DNA from: Bacteriovoracia bacterium
GTDB taxonomy: Bacteria; Bdellovibrionota; UBA1018; JBFWNL01
Assembly: GCA_050251055.1 (NCBI GenBank)
Contig: JBFWNL010000007.1
Coordinates: forward strand, 1 to 64,000
Reading direction: 5' to 3'
Length of the DNA stretch: 64,000 nucleotides
Part shown: in pieces, positions 39,551 through 47,492 of the stretch
How positions within the stretch are numbered: the stretch's first letter is position 1
How the letters are laid out: each line of letters starts with the position of its first letter
Notes under the pieces: generated by a model
Told to the model about the DNA's origin: nothing
The model's input: only the letters and a program-made list of their open reading frames with translations
Database searches by the model: none
Made by a program: the position numbers and the translations under genes

Positions 39551-39592
39551 TTGACAATCCATTGGTAAATATATAAACACACGTTTATATAT
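39551..39592 (+). promoter_or_regulatory. Promoter with ArsR/SmtB-type operator
   Basis: TTGACA at 39551 followed by 10-4-10 inverted repeat ATATATAAAC-acac-GTTTATATAT (39569-39592) overlapping the ArsR start. Confidence 0.75.
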
Positions 39593-39980
39593 GAAATCTT
39601 ATCTGGATGTTAAAGATGCCAGGGAGTCCAAGGATCTCCGGGACTATTCGGGGCCGGCGGCGCTCGTACGCAAGCAGCTCGCCAATGGCCAGCGCTCGAA
39701 AAAGCTCTTCTTCCATCTGGCCGAGACATTTAATGCCTTGGGGGATTCCTCGCGTATCCAGATCGTCTGGGCGCTTTCCCATGGCGAGCTTTGCGTTGGG
39801 GATGTCGCGGAGCTTTTGGGTATGAGTCAGCCTGCAGTGAGTCATCATTTGCGAACGCTACGCAATCTGCGTCTGGTGCGGGTCCGACGGGAGGGGCGTA
39901 CCTCGTTTTATTGCCTGGACGATTTGCACATCAACCACCTGCTGAAAGAAGGGATCGAGCACGTGGAGGACTTTCTATGA
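39591..39980 (+). CDS. ArsR/SmtB-family metalloregulator
   Basis: ELCVGDVAELLGMSQPAVSHHLRTLR HTH; alpha5 DLH-x10-HVED. Confidence 0.93.
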   Translation: MKSYLDVKDARESKDLRDYSGPAALVRKQLANGQRSKKLFFHLAETFNALGDSSRIQIVWALSHGELCVGDVAELLGMSQPAVSHHLRTLRNLRLVRVRREGRTSFYCLDDLHINHLLKEGIEHVEDFL

Positions 39981-40216
39981 AGTTAAGCGAACTAGCCTTA
40001 GGTCAACGGGGCCGGGTGATTTCGGTGCGCTCGGAGAGCCCGGTGGTCCAGCGCCTCTTGGAGCTTGGGTTCGTCGCGGGCGCGGAGGTCGAAGTGGCCC
40101 GGCAGGCCCCTTACTTCGGAGATCCAATCGCGGTGCGGGTGCGTGGCGCCCTGATCGCGCTTCGGCGGAGCGAGGCGGAGGCGGTGGAAGTAGGGGAAGT
40201 GCAGGTGCAATCATGA
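39977..40216 (+). CDS. feoA: Ferrous iron transport protein A
   Basis: RLLELGF..G..V.V...APYFGDPIAVRVRGALIALRRSEA; ATGA overlap. Confidence 0.93.
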   Translation: MKLSELALGQRGRVISVRSESPVVQRLLELGFVAGAEVEVARQAPYFGDPIAVRVRGALIALRRSEAEAVEVGEVQVQS

Positions 40217-42084
40217 GCACGACCACCCTGCACTTGGCCGCTCTCGCCGGCAGCCCGAATTGTGGCAAGACGGCGCTTTTCAACGCGCTCACTGGTAGCC
40301 GCCAGAAAGTGGCCAACTACCCGGGCGTGACGGTGGAGCGCAAAGAGGGGGTGGCGAAGTCCACCGACGGTCGGTCTTTTCGTCTACTCGATTTACCCGG
40401 AGCCTATAGCCTCACTCCCAATACGCCGGACGAAGCGGTGACTCGCGACGTGCTCTTCGGAAAGCTCGCGGGTGAAGCCGCGCCCGAGGTGTTGGTCGCG
40501 GTGGCCGACGCCACGAACCTCGAGCGGCATTTGAGCTTCGTTTTGGAGTTGCGTGCGCTTAAGCAGCCCGTGGTGCTGGCGCTGAACATGATCGATTTGG
40601 CCAAGAAACGCGGTTTAGAGCTGGATCTTCCGGCGCTTTCGCGCGAATTGGGCGTGCCGGTGGTCCCCACGGCCGCGGTGAGGGGCGAAGGGGTGGCGGA
40701 CTTGATGGCCACCGTCGAAAAACTTTTTCGGGAAAAAAACCACGGAAACGAGCGGCCCGCGGAAGGGTTGCGCACTTTCCCTCAGCCCACGGAGCGATTC
40801 GCCGAAATCGACCGTATTTTGAAGGTGGTCGTGAAGCGCGCGGCGCGCCCCGAGCGGTTCACCGATCGCGTGGATCGCGTGGTGCTGCATCCGGTCTGGG
40901 GGCTGTTGGTGCTCCTGGTGACGCTGACCGTGATCTTCCAGGCCGTTTTCACGTGGGCTTCCGCTCCGGCGGACGCGATCGAAGGCGCGTTCGGTGCTTT
41001 GGGCAAGTTCGTCACTGATCACCTGGCCGAAGGCACTTTGCGAAGCCTCATCGTCGATGGCGTGATCGCGGGCGTGGGCGGCGTGCTGGTCTTTTTACCG
41101 CAAATCTTGCTGCTCTTCTTGTTTATCTTGTTTTTAGAAGACTTTGGATACATGGCTCGCGTGGCCTTCCTGCTCGACAAGCTCATGGGCGGGGTGGGGT
41201 TGCACGGCCGTGCGTTTATCCCGTTGCTCTCGTCGCACGCCTGCGCGATCCCGGGCATTATGGCGACGCGGACCATCGAGAATCGCCGCGATCGACTGGT
41301 GACCATCCTGATCGCTCCGCTCACGGCGTGCTCCGCGCGGTTGCCCGTCTACACGCTCTTGATCGGCGCGTTCATTCCCAATACCGAAGTCTTCGGGCCT
41401 TTCCGACTGCAGGGGCTCGTGATGCTCGGGCTATACTTCGCCGGCATCCTCGCCGCGCTCGCGGTGGCGACGCTTATGAAACGCACGGTATTGCAGGGTC
41501 CGAAGCCGCCGTTTTTGTTGGAAATGCCCATGTATAAGCTGCCGAGCCTGAAGAGCTTGGCGATTGGCCTATGGGAGCGCGCCCGTATTTTCGTAAAGCG
41601 CGCGGGCACGGTCATTCTTTCGCTCACCGTGATTTTGTGGTTCTTGGCGAGTTTCCCCAAGGCGCCGGAAGGAGCGACGGAGCCTGCGATTTACTATAGC
41701 TGGGCCGGACAAATCGGGCGCGCCGTGGAGCCGGTCTTCCAGCCCATTGGCTTTGACTGGCGGGTGAGCGTCGCGTTGATTCCTGGCTTCGCCGCCCGCG
41801 AGGTGATGGTGGGCGCGCTCGGTACGGTCTACGCGATTGAAGGCGAAGGGGAGGCAGCCGAAGCCGCCCTCGGTGCGCGACTGGCCACCTCCTGGTCGCT
41901 CGCGACCGCGCTCAGCTTGCTCGTGTGGTACATTTTCGCACCCCAATGTCTTTCGACGCTCGCGGTGACGAGACGGGAAACGAACTCTTGGCGCTGGCCG
42001 GTGTTCATGCTGGTTTACTTGACGGCGCTCGCCTACTTGGGCTCGTTCATCACGTACCGGTTGGCCTTGATGGTGTTCTCGTGA
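40213..42084 (+). CDS. feoB: Ferrous iron transport protein B
   Basis: GSPNCGKT, VANYPGVTVE, DLPG, NMID G-motifs; gate domains ACAIP, CSARLP. Confidence 0.97.
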   Translation: MSTTTLHLAALAGSPNCGKTALFNALTGSRQKVANYPGVTVERKEGVAKSTDGRSFRLLDLPGAYSLTPNTPDEAVTRDVLFGKLAGEAAPEVLVAVADATNLERHLSFVLELRALKQPVVLALNMIDLAKKRGLELDLPALSRELGVPVVPTAAVRGEGVADLMATVEKLFREKNHGNERPAEGLRTFPQPTERFAEIDRILKVVVKRAARPERFTDRVDRVVLHPVWGLLVLLVTLTVIFQAVFTWASAPADAIEGAFGALGKFVTDHLAEGTLRSLIVDGVIAGVGGVLVFLPQILLLFLFILFLEDFGYMARVAFLLDKLMGGVGLHGRAFIPLLSSHACAIPGIMATRTIENRRDRLVTILIAPLTACSARLPVYTLLIGAFIPNTEVFGPFRLQGLVMLGLYFAGILAALAVATLMKRTVLQGPKPPFLLEMPMYKLPSLKSLAIGLWERARIFVKRAGTVILSLTVILWFLASFPKAPEGATEPAIYYSWAGQIGRAVEPVFQPIGFDWRVSVALIPGFAAREVMVGALGTVYAIEGEGEAAEAALGARLATSWSLATALSLLVWYIFAPQCLSTLAVTRRETNSWRWPVFMLVYLTALAYLGSFITYRLALMVFS

Positions 42085-42254
42085 CGGACTGGCAAACTCC
42101 CGTGGCCTACGGGCTGGTGGCCCTGGCCGCCGGCATCCCGTTGTGGCGGCTGGTTCGTCGTCCACTCCTTGCGCGTCTCTCGGATCGGCTGCTGCGCTCC
42201 GGTAGGATCGGCTGGGCGATGCGCGTACGGGGTTGGCTCCTCACCAAGCGTTGA
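42081..42254 (+). CDS. Small FeoB-associated membrane protein
   Basis: GTGA overlap with feoB stop; MTDWQTPVAYGLVALAAGIPLWRL single TM plus Arg-rich tail. Confidence 0.55.
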   Translation: MTDWQTPVAYGLVALAAGIPLWRLVRRPLLARLSDRLLRSGRIGWAMRVRGWLLTKR

Positions 42255-42334
42255 TTCTTTGACGCCTAGGCGTGCCCAGGCATGCCGAGATCAGGGCTTA
42301 GTTCCAATCATTATAATGCCGAAAAGCTGGGTGG

Positions 42335-43534
42335 ATGAATCACCGTCGGCTCTGGCTGAAGTGCGGCCTAATCACGATCTTTCTGGGTGCTTCCTGTGTC
42401 GCTTATGCAAACGACACGGTGAAGAGCTGCGTGTGGCGCGCGATGGCGGCGGCGCCCACCGTGTGGGAGATTGGGAAAATCCCTGCGAGCTTTGTCTGGG
42501 ATCACCTTTCCGCGCCGTTCAAAGAGCTGTTTTCAAAGCAGGGACCCATTCGGTACGCGCTCGATCTGAAACAATACGAGGCGGCCCAGAAAGCCGTGCG
42601 GGAGTTGGTCGACGCAAAGGATTGGCGGGGTTTACAGGCTTGGCGGCCCAAGACCCATAGCGAGTTGATCGGACTGGTGGATTTGGTGGAGGCGGACGCT
42701 CGCGGCGGAAAAAGCATCATTCGGTCCACGATCGAATCTGGAAGTTATTCGCGCCGGCGCGAGCTCGTTTCGATTTTCAATAAGCCTAAGCTTCAGAACG
42801 GAAAACTCACCGACGCCGAAGCCCGGCAGCTGGGCCAGGATCTACGGGATTTTTCGGAAGCGGACCCGCGATCCCCGATGAATATCCTCTTTCGTGGCGC
42901 CAAAGTCTCGCGTGATCGGATCCGCCAGGAGTTCGACCCCAGCTGGTCGGGTGAGGAATTCGCGCGCCGCATGCGCTTGGCCGGGTTTGTCGAAGGCGAT
43001 GCCCAGGAGCGCGAATTCGCGTCCCTGTGGGAGATGAACCGCGAACGCCTGATTCGCAACGCCGTGATGAACGCCATTCCGGCCGCGGCTTTTCAAAATC
43101 CCGTCCCCATCGCGTTGCCCCATGGCTTGCGTTTCTTTCCGACCGCGCCACCGTCGGATGAGGCGGTGCGGCTGCTGGCGCAGCGGAAATTCTCCGAAGC
43201 GCTACCGTTACTGCAACAGCAGTATGGGCGACGCGCGAACTTGGAAATCACCGAGGAGTTGTTGGCGCGCAATTACGACGTAGCCGTGTGGGCATTTATC
43301 GGTACGTTGCTCTATAAATATCAAGCCAGTGTCGGCGAGCAACGCGTGCAGGACGGAGAGCAGAAATTTGAAGAAGACACCGGGCTCTTTCGGGGCGTGC
43401 AATCCGGCCAGGAGAGGTTGGACGAGCTACGGGAGATGCACAAAGACGACCCCGAATACCTGAAGATGCTCGAAGAGCTGTATCAGAAATTCAAGGCGAA
43501 CCGGGAATCTGCCGGCGCCGTGCCGGAACCTTAG
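42335..43534 (+). CDS. Hypothetical exported helical protein
   Basis: Signal peptide ending AYA; 399-aa ORF; hydrophobic segment near C-terminus. Confidence 0.7.
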   Translation: MNHRRLWLKCGLITIFLGASCVAYANDTVKSCVWRAMAAAPTVWEIGKIPASFVWDHLSAPFKELFSKQGPIRYALDLKQYEAAQKAVRELVDAKDWRGLQAWRPKTHSELIGLVDLVEADARGGKSIIRSTIESGSYSRRRELVSIFNKPKLQNGKLTDAEARQLGQDLRDFSEADPRSPMNILFRGAKVSRDRIRQEFDPSWSGEEFARRMRLAGFVEGDAQEREFASLWEMNRERLIRNAVMNAIPAAAFQNPVPIALPHGLRFFPTAPPSDEAVRLLAQRKFSEALPLLQQQYGRRANLEITEELLARNYDVAVWAFIGTLLYKYQASVGEQRVQDGEQKFEEDTGLFRGVQSGQERLDELREMHKDDPEYLKMLEELYQKFKANRESAGAVPEP

Positions 43535-43548
43535 CCTAAAAACGCCAA

Positions 43549-43580
43549 CGGCCCGCCTCCGATTTCTCGAAAGCGGGCCG
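43549..43580. terminator. Hairpin between convergent genes (probable terminator)
   Basis: CGGCCCGC...GCGGGCCG stem. Confidence 0.55.
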
Positions 43581-43618
43581 ATGGATTTCTTCAAATGAAT
43601 TCTACGAAGTGAATTCGA

Positions 43619-44767
43619 TTAGGCAGCCGGTTGTTGGGCGGCTTTCTTCTTTTCGACTTCCTTGCGCAGGTATTCCACCATTTGCGTGCTTTCCGTGTGG
43701 CGTACTTGAGCGGCAGCCAGCTCTTCGCGGTAGACCTTGATTTGGCCTTCGGACATGACGGCCAGGTACCCGCTGTGTCCGGAGACCACGACGCCGACGG
43801 CGACGAGGCCACCCACCAGGAGGATGCCTTGCAGCTTCGCTTCCTTGCCGGCGATCTTGAGCGCTTCGCCGATCTGACGGTTGAAGTAGCGTTCCGCAGC
43901 TACACGCGTCGTGGCGTCGGTGCCCATCTTCAGGGCGGCCTTCACGTGCGTGGATTGTTCCGCTTTATCCAGAGCGGTTTTGAGTTCTCCGATGGAGAGC
44001 TCGAAGTGCCGCAAGGCTTTCGGGTCCGTCGCGTTCTTCCACAACGCCATCTTGCGCTGGGCGTACTTTTCCGCGGCGCCACGGTACTTAGCGATCATTT
44101 CCGAGCGGACCGCTTGAAAGCGGGTTAGGTAGCCGGGTTCGTTCGCCAACTTGTAAGCGTGATCCTTCAGCATGCGAGCCCGATAGGTCTTGTCCGTCTC
44201 CATGATTTCGATCAAGCGAGCTTCGCCCACGTTCTGGGCTTCGGCTTGCATTTGGAGAGTGGCTTTTTCTTCAGCCTTCTTGACCATGCCTTGGACGTAG
44301 TCGATACCGAATCCGACACCGCCGGAAAGGGTCGTAATGCCCGCAGCTAAGCTCGTGAAAGTATAGAGGCCTTTATTGAACTTCGCGCTGTCCAAGTCCG
44401 CTTGGGCTTGAGCCAAGTGCACTTCTTCACCCGCCAGGATCGCTTCCTGGGCCAAGAGGTCTTCTTCCAGTTGAGCGAGCGTCGAGTTGTCGGCGCTAGG
44501 CTTCGGTTCCACCGCGACTGGAGTTTCTTCGCCCGGGGCCGGAGCCGGGGCGGGGTTCGTCGCGACGGGAGGTTCCTCGGGGTTGGCTGGAACGCCAGCC
44601 GGGGCTTCTTCCTTCTTCGCCGGGTCGGTGCCCGGAGCCGGGGCCGGAGTTTCTTCCGACTTCTTCACTGGCTGGGGAACGCCCGCCTTCTTGTTGATGC
44701 TTGATCCGCAGCTCGACAAAGCGAACACGACGATCAGGGAGTAGACGAGTTGGTTGCGCATTTTCAT
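43619..44767 (-). CDS. Hypothetical coiled-coil lipoprotein with two internal hydrophobic segments
   Basis: LSSC lipobox, Pro/Ala/Glu linker, heptad-like helices. Confidence 0.75.
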   Translation of the reverse strand: MKMRNQLVYSLIVVFALSSCGSSINKKAGVPQPVKKSEETPAPAPGTDPAKKEEAPAGVPANPEEPPVATNPAPAPAPGEETPVAVEPKPSADNSTLAQLEEDLLAQEAILAGEEVHLAQAQADLDSAKFNKGLYTFTSLAAGITTLSGGVGFGIDYVQGMVKKAEEKATLQMQAEAQNVGEARLIEIMETDKTYRARMLKDHAYKLANEPGYLTRFQAVRSEMIAKYRGAAEKYAQRKMALWKNATDPKALRHFELSIGELKTALDKAEQSTHVKAALKMGTDATTRVAAERYFNRQIGEALKIAGKEAKLQGILLVGGLVAVGVVVSGHSGYLAVMSEGQIKVYREELAAAQVRHTESTQMVEYLRKEVEKKKAAQQPAA

Positions 44768-44986
44768 TCAATGCCCTTTCTATTCAAAAGGTGCGGGACC
44801 CACATCCGCATCTATTTTTAGTTATGACGCATGACGGTAGTTGAAATGACGCTTTTAGTCAATTCTACTCCACGTCACGTGAAATCAATTGTGTGCGGGA
44901 AAATACAGAAGTTGTCTTATTCTGTCAACTAATAGAATAACGCGTTGCGCGGAATTTGAATCATCTTAATTATTTGAAATTATTAA

Positions 44987-45400
44987 CTATTTTCCGGTCT
45001 TCTTCACATTCAAGGCGAAGCGAGTGAGGCCCGCTTGCTGCAAAGTATCCATTAGGCGTACGACCACCCCGTGCGGAGTCGCTTGATCCGCACTGATCAT
45101 GGCGGGTTCTTCCTTCTTGCCCGCGTCCAAGGTCTTGAGCTTCGCTTCGAGCGCCGGCCAGTCCATCTCCACCTGATCCCAATACACTTTCCCCTCCTTA
45201 TCCAACGTAAATTGGATAGGGGACTTCTGGGATTGGGCGCCGGAATGCGCCGACGGAAGCTGAACCTTGATAGCGGATTGGTAAATGACGGGCGCGGTGA
45301 TCATGAAGACCACGAGCAAGACGAGCACGATGTCGACGAGCGGGGTGACGTTGATACCGGAAATGACGTCGTCGTCGTTTGAGGAGAGGGTACCGGCCAC
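44987..45400 (-). CDS. exbD: ExbD/TolR biopolymer transport protein
   Basis: INVTPLVDIVLVLLVVFMITAP; ISAD...HGVVV. Confidence 0.92.
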   Translation of the reverse strand: MAGTLSSNDDDVISGINVTPLVDIVLVLLVVFMITAPVIYQSAIKVQLPSAHSGAQSQKSPIQFTLDKEGKVYWDQVEMDWPALEAKLKTLDAGKKEEPAMISADQATPHGVVVRLMDTLQQAGLTRFALNVKKTGK

Positions 45401-45403
45401 GGC

Positions 45404-46048
45404 TTAGCTCCCACCCATGCGGCCGATGAGGTAGCTCTTGAGCGCTTCGGCTTCGGCAATCGCCGATCGCACGCGCTTTTGGTACAGATTGAACGCCACG
45501 ACGGCGGGAATGGCGACCAAGATGCCGACGGCGGTCGCGATGAGCGCGTCGGAAATGCCGGCCGTCACCGAGGTGGTGACCCCGCTGTCGGCTTGCTGCG
45601 AAAGATGGTGGAACGCCTGGATAATCCCCAAAACCGTGCCGAAAAGGCCGACAAACGGCGCGTTGTTGCCGATCGTGGCCAAGATTGCGAGATTCTTTTC
45701 CCAGGCTTGGCGTTTGCGCAAAATCGAATCGGTGGCCATCTCGTGCAGCGTGGTTTCGCCCGCTTTGCGGTTTTCGATCAAAATCTGCGAGAGCTCGGAT
45801 TCGAAGTCGCCGATCATGGCGCTTGATTTCGCGCGCGTTTCGCTCGCTTTCAGGGCTTGTTCCCACTTGCCGGCTCGGGCGGCTTCGCGAACTTCCGCGC
45901 GGAACGCGGCTAGATCACGGGTCGCTTGCTTATAGAAGAAAAACCGCTCCAAAATGAGGGTGATCGAAAAAACCGAGATCAGCACCAATAACCAAAGCAC
46001 CCACTCCGAACCCACCAACGCCATTCCGAGAAAAATTTTTGAGAGCAT
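45404..46048 (-). CDS. exbB: ExbB/TolQ/MotA proton channel
   Basis: LATIGNNAPFVGLFGTVLGI; GISDALIATAVGILVAIPA. Confidence 0.92.
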   Translation of the reverse strand: MLSKIFLGMALVGSEWVLWLLVLISVFSITLILERFFFYKQATRDLAAFRAEVREAARAGKWEQALKASETRAKSSAMIGDFESELSQILIENRKAGETTLHEMATDSILRKRQAWEKNLAILATIGNNAPFVGLFGTVLGIIQAFHHLSQQADSGVTTSVTAGISDALIATAVGILVAIPAVVAFNLYQKRVRSAIAEAEALKSYLIGRMGGS

Positions 46049-46241
46049 ATATCGCTAAAAGTAACCCACTTCCTCGAGGGTGGGAAGTCGCTGGTTCTAT
46101 GTCTTTATGCGTCATTCGTCGCCTTCGCCGGTCGGGGGGAAACGGGCCGATTTGACGAAAAAATGCCCGCATCCCCCGCATTCACTAGGGTTGCTTTTTC
46201 TTTTTAGATGGGCATACTCACGCCAAAGAACGAGGTGAGTC

Positions 46242-47393
46242 ATGGCCCAAAATATCGTTACCATCAACACTGTCCGCGATCGCTTCAAGAGTGCGCCCCG
46301 TCCTGACATCTGGAAGGACGCGACCGACAAGGATTGGAACAGTTGGGTATGGCAGCAGCAGAAGCGCATCAAGAACATGGAAGTCCTCGAAAAGGTCCTG
46401 AATGTCACCGCCGGCGAGCGCGAAGCGTTCGTAAAGTCGGATGAGATGTTCCACATGGGCATCACGCCTTATTACGCGTCGCTCATGGACAAGGACGATC
46501 CGAATTGCCCGATTCGCCTGCAATCCGTGCCGACGATGGGCGAGCTCAACATCGGCCCCTACGACATGGAAGACCCGCTGGCCGAAGAGCGCGACATGCC
46601 GGTGCCGGCCATCACGCACCGCTATCCCGACCGCGTGCTTTTTTACACGACCCACAACTGCCCCGTGTATTGCCGCCACTGCACGCGCAAGCGTAAGGTT
46701 TCCGACCCATCGTCTTCGACCCAAACCAAGGCGATCGACATGGGTTTGGAATACATCGCGGCCCATAAGGAAATCCGCGACGTGGTCATCTCCGGCGGGG
46801 ATCCCCTGTCGAACTCCGACGATCGCCTCGAGTATATTTTGTCTCGGCTGCGCGCGATGGATCACATCGAAGTCTTCCGCTTGGGCACGCGCAATCTGGT
46901 CACGCTCCCGCAGCGCGTGACCCAGGATTTTGCGAACATGCTCAAGAAGTACCACCCCGTTTTCGTGCACACGCATTTCAACCATCCGAAAGAGTGCACG
47001 CAGGAGGCCTTTGACGCCTGCGCGCGTTTGGCGGACGCCGGCTGCGTGATCAACAACCAGATGGTGCTACTCAAGGGTGTGAACGACGACCCGCAGGTCG
47101 TGAAAAAACTGAATCACCTCCTGCTCATGATGCGCGTGCGGCCTTATTACATTTTTCAGTGCGACATGTCCCAAGGGATCTCGCATTTCCGTACCCCAAT
47201 CGAAACGGGGATCAACATCATCGAGAACCTGCGCGGTTGGACGAGTGGTATGGCCGTACCCCAGTTCGTGGTCGACGCGCCCGGCGGTGGCGGCAAGATC
47301 CCGATGCTGCCGAACTACGTCGTGAGCCACGAAGGCAAGAAGTGGGTGCTGCGGAATTTCAAGAAGCAGCAGTTCACTTATAATGAGCCTTGA
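46242..47393 (+). CDS. kamA: KamA-family radical SAM enzyme (lysine 2,3-aminomutase-like)
   Basis: THRYPDRV, CPVYCRHC, SGGDPL, HFNHP, APGGGGKIP (PLP Lys); substrate not certain. Confidence 0.9.
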   Translation: MAQNIVTINTVRDRFKSAPRPDIWKDATDKDWNSWVWQQQKRIKNMEVLEKVLNVTAGEREAFVKSDEMFHMGITPYYASLMDKDDPNCPIRLQSVPTMGELNIGPYDMEDPLAEERDMPVPAITHRYPDRVLFYTTHNCPVYCRHCTRKRKVSDPSSSTQTKAIDMGLEYIAAHKEIRDVVISGGDPLSNSDDRLEYILSRLRAMDHIEVFRLGTRNLVTLPQRVTQDFANMLKKYHPVFVHTHFNHPKECTQEAFDACARLADAGCVINNQMVLLKGVNDDPQVVKKLNHLLLMMRVRPYYIFQCDMSQGISHFRTPIETGINIIENLRGWTSGMAVPQFVVDAPGGGGKIPMLPNYVVSHEGKKWVLRNFKKQQFTYNEP

Positions 47394-47492
47394 GTGACGG
47401 CATTGGTCGCCATCCGATTCTTAATTTATAACGTAAGTCTTTGTAATTAATCAATAATTACCCCTAGGTGTCACTCCTGTCGTCATGAGATA

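Noticed and set aside
46061-46090. GTAA-CCCACT...GGGAAG hairpin resembling part of a cobalamin riboswitch
   Set aside because: The upstream AGGGAA-GGTG core and B12 box are absent, and the orientation is wrong for exbB
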